A stretch of 63,962 nt of DNA, counting the filler, from Octopus bimaculoides (lineage: Eukaryota), in NCBI RefSeq assembly GCF_001194135.2. It is 5 parts of 5 records of this genome, joined end to end, with 100 filler letters (N's around TTAATTAATTAA, not from the genome) between each part and the next. Parts side by side here need not be neighbours in the genome. Positions count along the whole stretch, not along the records: positions 42,360 to 56,399 come from NC_068990.1; positions 56,500 to 62,804 come from NC_069006.1; positions 62,905 to 63,962 come from NW_026387255.1; 2 more parts are not named here. One strand, given 5' to 3'. Under the pieces are notes generated by a model that searched no databases, was not told the DNA's origin, and worked only from the letters and a program-made list of their open reading frames with translations. Shown piece by piece: positions 53,235 through 63,962 of this stretch. A program made the position numbers and the translations under genes. Position 1 is the first letter of the stretch. Each line of letters starts with the position of its first letter.

Positions 53235-53334
53235 ACGGCAGCGACCTGATTAATAATAATAATAATAATAATATAATAATAATAATAATAGTAACATCGA
53301 TAGGAATGAGAACCCAGGTTCGAAATTTCCCCAA

Positions 53335-53380
53335 GACACCTGACGAAGGCTGGAGGGTATATCAGCCGAAACGTTGTGTT
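53335..53380 (+). ncRNA. Minimal type I hammerhead ribozyme
   Basis: Stem I GACAC/GUGUU, core CUGACGA(A), stem II GGCUG/CAGCC, GAAA, palindromic ACGU stem III, triplet GUU. Confidence 0.75.
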
Positions 53381-54725
53381 AACAACAAACAAGATGAGGA
53401 CGAATATCCGTCAAATGTAGATAATGTAAATAATGTAAGAAGATGGAATGAACAAGCTTTGCACATTAGCCACAGCTGTTAGTAGCTAAGTGTTTCACAT
53501 ATTACACATATCATTATATAAATATTATATAACTATGATACAGCAATGTCTGTGTATTTGCATGTCATTGGGTGGGTGTCTCCAAGAGCACTACTATATC
53601 ACCTGTAATTTCCTATTGTTTTATACCCACATTCTATTTTTAGTATTCCCTTGATGAAGAGCACCACAGATTTAAATAGACACAGATGGCTGATAACTGT
53701 AGAGGAGCTTTGACATGCACATTGCAAAGTTATTACCCAGATGATTAAATTGATATTAAATATATGTAAAGTACATTCAGTCATAGTGAATGCATCATCA
53801 GAGAAGAGGTGGGTTGAAATACAAAGCCAGGATGGAATAGCTGTTCAATTATAACAATAAGTGTATTTAGCAACAAAAATTACAATATAAGAGAAAACAA
53901 CTGTGTATGTGTGTGTGTTTGTATGTATATATATAAATACACACTCACACACACACATGTGACAGGTTATGGTTCTTAGTAAAATAAGAAAGATCACTAA
54001 ACTACACAAAAATAGTGTGAGTACATAATATAGTTTGATACTATGAAGCAATACAAGTTTCATGTAAGGTTGACAACCTCACACTCATTAGACTTACTTA
54101 TTATAGATTTGAGTTGAAAACAGAAAACATGTCTGTGGAAGTCCACAGCAGCCATCTTTTGACGTGTACAACTTTACTCCTTAATAGGTACAACTAGCAA
54201 GTGTAGTGTGGTCCACCTTTCATAAAACTCAGAGTCATGTCGCATTATTTATTAGTATGAACATCATTAGCCCTTTAGCATTTAAACAAGCCATATCTGG
54301 CCTGAATTTTTTTTTTTTTTTATACGAAAATTGTCTTGATCTGACCTCACACACCTATTCTACAATGTCACTTGAAAACTATACAATCACATCATAGAAA
54401 TCTAGAAGCTTTGAGATAATGCCTGATTAATTCAAATCTATGTGAATAAATAAGCATTACAATTGATGAAGGAATCTGAATGCTAAAGGATTTTTTACAG
54501 TTGCGAGCTCTTTTCTTTTTGCTATGAACCATAGTAACTCCCTAACACACACACACACACATATATATATACATATCTCTCNNNNNNNNNNAGCATGAAA
54601 CGTGCGTACTGCAATCACTTTTGAAATCCGTGTTGCTTATTATTTGATTTTAATCACCCATCCTTTTGAGATGTGAAATTCGGGTGCCTTCGCATAAGTA
54701 CCATATTCAAGCCTTGAATCTATAA

Positions 54726-54756
<31 letters not shown>

Positions 54757-54759
54757 CAT

Positions 54760-54793
<34 letters not shown>

Positions 54794-55008
54794 GCACGCA
54801 TGTATACATAATAATACACACACATGTATAAACACACAGGCATGCACGTGCGCACACATACACACACACATGCACATGCACACATACACACACACATATA
54901 TATATAGTCTATTTATATATACATATTAGATATACATATAAGTACATCCATACATTAATATATATACAAGACTGAGGGTGTAAAATGACTATGTGTGTTT
55001 GTGTGTGC

Positions 55009-55085
<77 letters not shown>

Positions 55086-56569
55086 TATACAAATATATGA
55101 AATATGTTGTGTGTGTGTGTAAATATATATTTATGTATATACTTGCATATGTCTGGATTTGTGTGTATGTGTGTAACCATAAGCATATGTCTAGGTCCAT
55201 TCAAGCATATCAAAAGCAAAATAACTCATTGACAGCCAGCAGCTATTTCAATAACTGCCATGCTAGTCACTAACAATGCAGGATGTATCCAGTTAATAAT
55301 ATATGCTTTAATAAAGAAAGAGCATCATTATATAAATATCTGAATGCAATGAACATTCAGATTAAATATAGAACATATTTTTATGTGGCTTTCAGCTTGT
55401 TTCTCAACTTCTCTATACAATACAATCAGATTTGCTGTTACATTGTTACAGCTCTGTAATATCTGGGGTATTTAAACCATATCAGTTCTAAATGACCATC
55501 ATGGAGTGCTGCTGTAATGTTCCAACAGACATTTTTTTCTGATTATCTTGGTTTTTTTTTTTCTTCCAATTTTAACAATATGTTGTTTGAATTAATGTTT
55601 TATTTCTAGATGTCGAGTGTATGCATTTGTATGAATATGTGTGTGTGTGTCTGTGTGTGTGTCTGTGTGTATTTATGCATTTGTGTGTGCATGGGTGTGT
55701 GTCTATACCATTTCTGTATTTTCATATTTTTCTTTTTACTTGTTTCTGTCATTGGCCTTTCAAAGGCCGTTTCCTGTCAAACATGTCAACACCTTGATAA
55801 TTATTTTTCAGTGTGGAACTTATTTTATTGGTCACATATATATTTTTTTTAATATAAAATTTTGGAACAAATGGTGCACTGACATGAGTTGTTGACATTT
55901 ATAGACTGTAATAAAAGAAAAAGTATGATTTTGGATGTGATACATGCATTTATTATATAAACGGACTGGCTGCTTGTTTCTTTTTATTGGTCAAATTGAT
56001 ATGGACACCTCTGATAAGGCAGCATTAAAGTTTGAAAATTAATTAAAGCTGTTCATAATTTTACCTGTCTATGGGGAAATGGCTAAATTAGCCCTGTTTA
56101 TATATCTACTATACAGGTTACATACACACACACACACACACAAAAATCATGAACTAAATCATCATTGTCGTCATCATCATTGCTGTCGTTGTCATCCTCA
56201 TCATCATCATCATCATCATTATCATCATTATCATCATTATCATCATCATCATCATCATTATTGTTCTCAGTATTTTACAACTGAGTCAGTTCTTATAGGG
56301 AAATATTACTTTTCTAGATGGATCATAGGACATCATACTTGTGAACTTCATATCATATATGTATATACTACATATATTTGTATATACACATGTGTATGTN
56401 NNNNNNNNNNNNNNNNNNNNNNNNNNNNNNNNNNNNNNNNNNNTTAATTAATTAANNNNNNNNNNNNNNNNNNNNNNNNNNNNNNNNNNNNNNNNNNNNT
56501 ATATATATATATATATATATATGCATACATACATGGGTGGGTGCGTGTCTCTGAGTGTGTGTGAGTATG

Positions 56570-56615
<46 letters not shown>

Positions 56616-56863
56616 CGAATGTGTGAGTGTGCGACCAACGAATCAAGCAAATTATATAACTAATAATAATAAGAATAATGTAACAATAATAACAACCGAC
56701 TTTGAACTTTAGAAAGTAGGACGGTATTTGGTAATGTAGTTGAAACATCATCAAAGCTCAGTCAATTGCTGGCATCAAAAGTGTGACTTCAATCACTGCC
56801 ATTTAAAAAGAATTTTACCAGAATTTCTAAACATTTATTTTTCTAACATTAAATCTCAATTAT

Positions 56864-56894
<31 letters not shown>

Positions 56895-56960
56895 ACACAC
56901 ACACACTTGAAACGTATCTTTCATACTAACACAAGCATACACAGACTTACACGGACCACA

Positions 56961-57027
<67 letters not shown>

Positions 57028-57056
57028 AATAAATAATATATAATATATATATATGC

Positions 57057-57114
<58 letters not shown>

Positions 57115-57339
57115 GCATATATGGGTACAGGACGTTGCCAACGCTGCAAATAACACAAAATACGTAAACAACAAGAAAAATGGAAAACAGGGCAAGTAAA
57201 CACAGAGAAGGGTCCCTTCATCAGTTGCTCTACTCTTTCACCACAAATTTCTCTCACTCTTTCTTCCTGTTTCTGTTGTACCTGTAATTCAAAGGGGTCA
57301 TTTCGCCCAGCATGCTAACGGTTCTGCCAGCTCGCCGCC

Positions 57340-57370
<31 letters not shown>

Positions 57371-57377
57371 TATAATA

Positions 57378-57779
57378 ATACTTTCTGCAAAAGGCACAAG
57401 GCCTGAAATTTTTGTGGAGGGGTTAAGTTGATGACATCGTCCTCAGTGTTTCACTGGTACTTAATTTATCGACCCCGAAAGGATGAAAAGCAAAGTCGAC
57501 CTCGGCGGAATTTGAACTCAGAACGTAGCGGTAGACGAAATACCTATTTCTTTACTGCCCACAAGGGGCTACACACAGAGGGGACAAACAAGGACAGTCA
57601 AAACGGATTAAGTCGATTATATCGACCCCAGTGCGTAACTGGTACTTAATTTATCGACCCCGAAAGGATGAAAGACAAAGTCGACCTCGGCGGAATTTGA
57701 ACTCAGAACGTAGCGGTAGACGAAATACCGCTAAGCATTTCGCCCAGTGTGGTTAACGATTCTGCCAACTCGCCGTCCT
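57378..57779 (-). mobile_element. SINE family B, head-to-tail dimer
   Basis: tRNA-like head (ggcgagttggcagaatcg...gagttcaaattcc); 92-bp core duplicated at about 57453-57544 and 57638-57729 with two different tails; extra head fragment at 57299-57340. Confidence 0.88.
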
Positions 57780-58383
57780 ATGGTTAGAAAAAAAAAATAT
57801 TGAGATGATCACCTTTCGAACTCAACTGACCGTTGGCTTGATCGATCAAAGCTGACCTGAAGTTAAACAACAGCAAGAACAACGATAATAAAGAATAAGA
57901 ATATAGTAGATACTGACCACAACTAGGAAACGTTTGACCATGGGTTTCGTGAATCTAGTTTGGCCGGGAGCTTAACAACACCGGCAGCACCAGGACACGT
58001 TGGATAACGTAGTCCTAGATATACTATCTCTGAATAAATGATGGGGTGGTCACAGCCGGAAGATATTTGTATTGGGATTATTCCATTAGGGCTGATCTGG
58101 AGCTTAAAATACTAACAATAAGAAGGAAGGAAACATTATGTGATGTAGTCCTAGATGCACTTTGTACTACAAAATATAGGAAGATCAAAAGTAAGTAGTG
58201 TTTGAGCATAAGTCTGTTGGATGAGGGAACATGAGGAAGGCGAAAAACAACAACAACAGCAACAACAGCAACAATGATAGTGACAATAACAATAGCAAAA
58301 ACAAAAGCAGAAAACAAACGCAACAAAAGCCACAATAATTATAGGTATTAATGGATTTGCTATTCTCTGTATACAATACACTC

Positions 58384-58425
<42 letters not shown>

Positions 58426-59193
58426 TGTGTTACACTGGCATATACACTTAAATGTATTGTTTAGGAAAAAATAATAGATTCATTTATGCCTATAAGTTTT
58501 TNNNNNNNNNNNNNNNNNNNNNNNNNNNNNNNNNNNNNNNNNNNNNNNNNNNNNNNNNNNNNNNNNNNNNNNNNNNNNNNNNNNNNNNNNNNNNNNNNNN
58601 NNNNNNNNNNNNNNNNNNNNNNNNNNNNNNNNNNNNNNNNNNNNNNNNNNNNNNNNNNNNNNNNNNNNNNNNNNNNNNNNNNNNNNNNNNNNNNNNNNNN
58701 NNNNNNNNNNNNNNNNNNNNNNNNNNNNNNNNNNNNNNNNNNNNNNNNNNNNNNNNNNNNNNNNNNNNNNNNNNNNNNNNNNNNNNNNNNNNNNNNNNNN
58801 NNNNNNNNNNNNNNNNNNNNNNNNNNNNNNNNNNNNNNNNNNNNNNNNNNNNNNNNNNNNNNNNNNNNNNNNNNNNNNNNNNNNNNNNNNNNNNNNNNNN
58901 NNNNNNNNNNNNNNNNNNNNNNNNNNNNNNNNNNNNNNNNNNNNNNNNNNNNNNNNNNNNNNNNNNNNNNNNNNNNNNNNNNNNNNNNNNNNNNNNNNNN
59001 NNNNNNNNNNNNNNNNNNNNNNNNNNNNNNNNNNNNNNNNNNNNNNNNNNNNNNNNNNNNNNNNNNNNNNNNNNNNNNNNNNNNNNNNNNNNNNNNNNNN
59101 NNNNNNNNNNNNNNNNNNNNNNNNNNNNNNNNNNNNNNNNNNNNNNNNNNNNNNNNNNNNNNNNNNNNNNNNNNNNNNNNNNNNNNNNNNNNN

Positions 59194-61928
59194 CTTATAA
59201 ACTCAGGTGTTAGAAAATAGGAATATAATTGGTAATTTAATGATGAAATATGTTTTATGACAAAATGAATACAGAATTTAATACTTACTTTATATCATAT
59301 GGCAGTTAATTGTCAATTTCGTAGATATCCACATCATCTTCATTCACTCCTGCCTTTTTGAAGTTCAGTCTCCTCGTATATCTACGGTGACAAGACCCAT
59401 CCACTACATCTTTAATAAGTTTAGCGTTCGGCTCCCAAGAAATGCATGACGCTCCCTTTCTTGTAATTGCCTGTTTAGCGAGAAGACGATCGGTGATCGT
59501 TTCGGCCTTCAACCTATTAGGGAACTTTGTCTTTGTACAATTTACTTGGGAAAATATGCTCTCCATGCACACTGATGAATGAGGTAACACCGTTAAATTA
59601 GTTATGAATTGTGATAGCCTCTCAAGTTTAGAGCGGTCAAGCCCGTCTTTAAGATTGCGTATGGAATACCAGAATTCAGGGATGCTTTTTGAGCAAGCAG
59701 GAATATCTTTATATTGCCGAAATAATCTCCACTCATCGTTTTGTTCCTCAGGTGTGTTTTCTGGTGCAATTACCGGAAAGTCTGATGCCAGGGGAATTAT
59801 TGACTGAGAAGAGTCAGTGAGATCGCGCGCTACTTTTGGATCAAGTATTTCTAAGAGGGCAGACACTCCAGCTTCATCGGGAGGAAAGCGCATTTTTATT
59901 TGAGAGCTTAATTCTATTAAAAATTTTTTGCAATCAGTTTTGAATCTAGCTGAGTCACCAGCGAAGGGGTTTTGTTCTAGATATCTCATTGCGCGTCCAC
60001 CGAGGTATAAATATCACTCATATCTTTGTGATTTGTTGTGTTATTAAGATCAATATCTGATAATTTAGATACAGCTAAAACCTCCTCTTTTATAAAGCAA
60101 CTAAAGATACTTTTATATTCACTGGATACGAGTGTATGCAATAGATGCAGTCGAAAGTGTTCCAATTGAAACTCGACATTGAAAGCATTTACTTTCTTTA
60201 ATATGTAATGTAAGAAGAGCAGCATGTGCTTCGTCCCTTTGTTAATCATTGTTTCATAGATCCTTTTGGCTCCGTCTACTTTTTCTACTTTAGCCTCAGA
60301 CTGAAAATAAAGTACAAGGGCATCCCNNNNNNNNNNTCATTGTTTCATAGATCCTTTTGGCTCCGTCCACTTTTTCTACTTTAGCCTCAGACTGAAAATA
60401 AAGTACAAGGGCATCCCACTGTTCTATTATAACGTTAATTACATTTTCACGCGACAACCATCTTGTTTGTGAAAGCTTTGAAATCTTGTCTTCTTTTGTG
60501 CCAGCAACACTTTGTATCATATTGAAGTCATTTTGACGTTTGCTACTTCGAGAAAAGTAAGAAGTTAAGCCCTTTAAAAAGGACTCGAGATACGAAGGTA
60601 ACACCTTCACTGCATGACTTGAACAAAATGCAAACGAATGGCAAACACAGCCTGTTGTAAATACAATCGGAATATCGTTTATCAATAACTTTTGAAACCC
60701 GCTCTTGTTACCCATCAATGTTGAGTAATTATCGCTGGCAAATCCAAGTATGTTGCTCATAGATACATCTTCTTTTGTAAGCGTAGACTTGACAGCATCG
60801 TACACACCCTGAGACGAACCATTTTCTACTACAATTACATCCAGAAGAGTATCCTTGACATTAAGCGGATGTTCATAAAAAAAAGCGAACAACTATTGCT
60901 AAGATTTGTGTCACTGAGATGTCCGTACTCTCATCTATCAATCCTAAAAACTTTTGTTTCTTGAGAATTTCCAAGATTTCATTTCATTCCATTCATGATG
61001 TGCAAATCCGTCTTGCGTAATGTAAGTTAATTTTGTTTTTTTCATTTGTAGATTTTTAGCTATTTCACTATCGGAAAAGGTTTTTTGATAAACTTCAGCT
61101 AAGTGATTTATATGGATGAAAGGTATGTGATGTTCAGCTACATAACCTGTTAGTAGCAAGTCTGCCTTAGCTCCTTTTTCATTTAATGTATCATCTGTGT
61201 TTTTAACGATAAATGAATCTAATTTAATAGCAGGTTTCGCACAATCAAAAGCTTTCTTGTATTTAGCAGTGTTTTTATGAGCTAACAGCATTGATTTGAT
61301 TTGATAGCATTTTCCAACACAACGTTTCGCAAACGCAGTAGCAGGTATCAGGACTTTTATCATCTTGCCGTAACCAATCTTTAAGCTCAGCATCCTCCAG
61401 TCACGACTTTTTGAAATTCTGGGTGTACCACTTCCTCTTTCTGGACACACTATTGTCTGCCATTACTTCGCAAAGGGTTACAAAACAAAAACACTCCTTC
61501 AAAATGTTGTTAAACAAATTTTAAATCGCGAGTAACAATCGAAGCGTACACCATCAACACAGTGAAGCTATCAACTGGCGATGTCAGAGTTTCAGACAAG
61601 TATACCAGCGGCCACCAACGCGTTGTAACTTGTAGTTGCCCGGGATGATACAAGTATAAACAAATAATGAACGCGTACGATCGGTAATTACGTCACATAC
61701 AACATTTGTATCGATAAATTCATTACGTGAGATGATTATGGATGATATATAGAAAGTTTACCAAGTATTAGAAGAGGTGCAACTTGGTTCCTTTCCGTCT
61801 ATTTACGCACCATGCAGTTAAAAGCAAGCAATTATTGAAATTATTCATTACTGATTTTGCCCCACTTTAGACATAAATTTTTGGAAGTTGAAAATTATAA
61901 AATTAGGCATAAGTGTCGGAAAACATTG
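59194..61928 (-). mobile_element. hAT-superfamily DNA transposon, nearly complete but frameshifted transposase (about 59306-61450)
   Basis: BED-like N-terminus, LIDESTD, FASDN...MG, GCVCHS (CxxH), TRWLSR, LPHSSVCMESIFSQ dimerisation motif; candidate TIR caatgttttcc at 61918-61928. Confidence 0.9.
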
Positions 61929-62286
61929 ACTTGGAATCCAAAAGAGAAAAGAAATTTTTATTGTTAAACGGCAAAAATTATTCAGATATTTTATTAACAA
62001 CTTCAATTACAACAAGGTGAAAGTTGAGGAAAAATTTCTTGAAAAAAATATGTGCCTGAATGTTTCGGACTCTCAAATTCAATAACAACAATTATGCTAA
62101 TCGATTTTAACTCCTAAAGATGATGCAACATTAGAAAACGATAATACGATATTTGCAACGTAACAGTTGCAAGTATTGCATCATCAGGCAAGGAGAAAAT
62201 AACGAGAAATCAGAAATTATTCATTTTACCCCGGCTAGTGAATTTGCCTCAACCCCACCATCTTATTTCTTATTATGTTCTTATTT

Positions 62287-62332
<46 letters not shown>

Positions 62333-63278
62333 TTTGGAGTGGAAGTTCGAGTGTTGAGTGGCAAAGACCAGGAAATAATGAAATACTGTCAGTCTTTAAT
62401 ATTAATTAGTTATTGTAAATGTACTGATGTGATCAAGCAATATACGTCACTCAGACATAGTAGGACACACAGAAACACACGTATACTTATTTACATATAC
62501 GCACAGCCACAACAGATAGAGGCAGTCACAAACATATATGCACATGCATAAGCTTAGACATACAGATGCACGCATATACTCATACATGGACATGTATACG
62601 TGCAGTCATACAGGTACACACTCACAGCCATAATGCGAGGCACACACCCCACACACACACATATATATATATATATATGTGTATATCTACATTTATTTCT
62701 ACTATTAGATCTAATTACCTTTCGGGCAATTTTTTTTTGTTATATCCATCTTTATTGACTTTCTCTCTGGTAATACCTTTCCCTATATATATATATATAT
62801 ATATNNNNNNNNNNNNNNNNNNNNNNNNNNNNNNNNNNNNNNNNNNNNTTAATTAATTAANNNNNNNNNNNNNNNNNNNNNNNNNNNNNNNNNNNNNNNN
62901 NNNNCAGGATGTGTCTAGAAGAAACAGCAAGGTATTCACTTGATTTTGGGAAACAATTGTCTGAAGCGGTAAAAATATATTTGTGTGTATGTTTGTGTGT
63001 CTGCGTGTATCTGTGTATTTTTTGTTAATGTGTAATAAAAAACAGGTTTTTGAGACGCAGTAAATATTGATACTCGTGACGTGCGTTGATATATTTTCGT
63101 GATGTTTCAACGAGACTCTGAGAAATGAATTACAATAAGAAAGAAGAGAAAATCTATTACGCGTTAGTTTCTATACGCATCATAAATAAACCCAAAAATG
63201 TTGTAAACAATTTGTCATTGTTAAAGATTTAAATACTGTGGTAATTTGCATTACATTTTCTTTGTCTTACCCTCCCCT

Positions 63279-63339
<61 letters not shown>

Positions 63340-63577
63340 ACAAACAAACAACATATATTTACATTTATGCGTGTATCAGAACATCACAAAAAAAGAAGAA
63401 ATAGAAAGTGGGTTTTTTTTCAGTTTTTCTATTTTTTCTTCTACGTTTTTCTCATCGCAAATACTCGAATGTACATGCCCACTTATAATATGTATGTATG
63501 GATATATATGTAGTTTATATATGTGGACGAGCGTATGCAGACATATGCATATAGATAGTTCACGTGCCTTTTAACAT

Positions 63578-63880
63578 TCAGACATTTCAGTTCTATATTT
63601 AAGAGATGAGGAATTATTTACATTATTTACATTATTTACATTTGACGGATATTTGTCCTCATCTTGTTTGTTGTTAACACAACGTTTCGGCTGATATACT
63701 CTCCAGCCTTCGTCAGGTGTCATGGGGAAATTTCGAACATCGGTTCTCATTCCTAACGATATGGCGTAGTGGTTGAGAGCGCGGGCTACTAACACCAAGA
63801 TTCCGAGTTCGATTCACGGCAGCGACCTGATTAATAATAGCAATAATAATAATAATAATAACATAATAATAGTAACATCG
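63578..63880. mobile_element. ORF-less, internally inverted copy of the Penelope tRNA/hammerhead 3' module
   Basis: Hammerhead tail on minus (63578-63760) joined to tRNA-like head + (AAT)n on plus (63761-63880); both halves match 53180-53436. Confidence 0.9.
63676..63721 (-). ncRNA. Minimal type I hammerhead ribozyme (second copy)
   Basis: Core and stems identical to 53335-53380; one change in loop II. Confidence 0.75.
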
Positions 63881-63962
63881 CCTGCATCTGCCCTTTATGA
63901 GTGGAAATGTTATGTATCAAAAAGTGTTGCATGTATCACTGCAGACAATTTCACATCTGGTA

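Larger units (their letters stand above)
52679..53436 (+). mobile_element. Penelope-like element, 5'-truncated: GIY-YIG ORF end + tRNA-like promoter + hammerhead
   Basis: YVKGLS...CVYSIPCSCGRLYKGETCRPLKIRVEEH...KLKEA; flanked by identical 12-mers aagaagatggaa (52667-52678 and 53437-53448). Confidence 0.92.

Noticed and set aside
53175-53250. Functional tRNA gene (also 63761-63830)
   Set aside because: A and B boxes are present, but the anticodon stem has mismatches, I see no acceptor stem or T-run terminator, and it is part of a repeat.
60246-60417. Biological tandem duplication inside the hAT
   Set aside because: Overlapping contig ends around a 10-N gap; the same pattern occurs at 15766-15876.

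Overview
AT-rich, microsatellite-dense, gapped animal genomic DNA. The repeat families resemble those I recall from octopus; that assignment is from memory, not a search. Four 100-bp spacers (44 N + TTAATTAATTAA + 44 N) split the window into five separately assembled blocks, so adjacency across them is unproven. No complete cellular gene is visible, only weak candidate exons. Most long ORFs in the track are artefacts of N runs or simple repeats. The identifiable content is transposon debris: RLE-type LINEs (HERO-like and R4/Dong-like), an RTE, a CR1/L2-like fragment, an ORF1-only L1/Tx1-like element, Penelope-like elements, Helitrons, a hAT, a mariner and several SINE families. The most interesting signals are structured RNAs. 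First, two hammerhead-like motifs with a reversed (non-circularly permuted) strand order sit 278 nt apart downstream of the HERO-like ORF, with one compensatory base-pair change between them. Second, a Penelope 3' end carries a tRNA-type Pol III promoter just upstream of a minimal hammerhead; it occurs once flanked by a 12-bp duplication and once as an inverted, ORF-less copy. The 42.4-56.4 kb block shows CpG decay typical of a methylated gene body.
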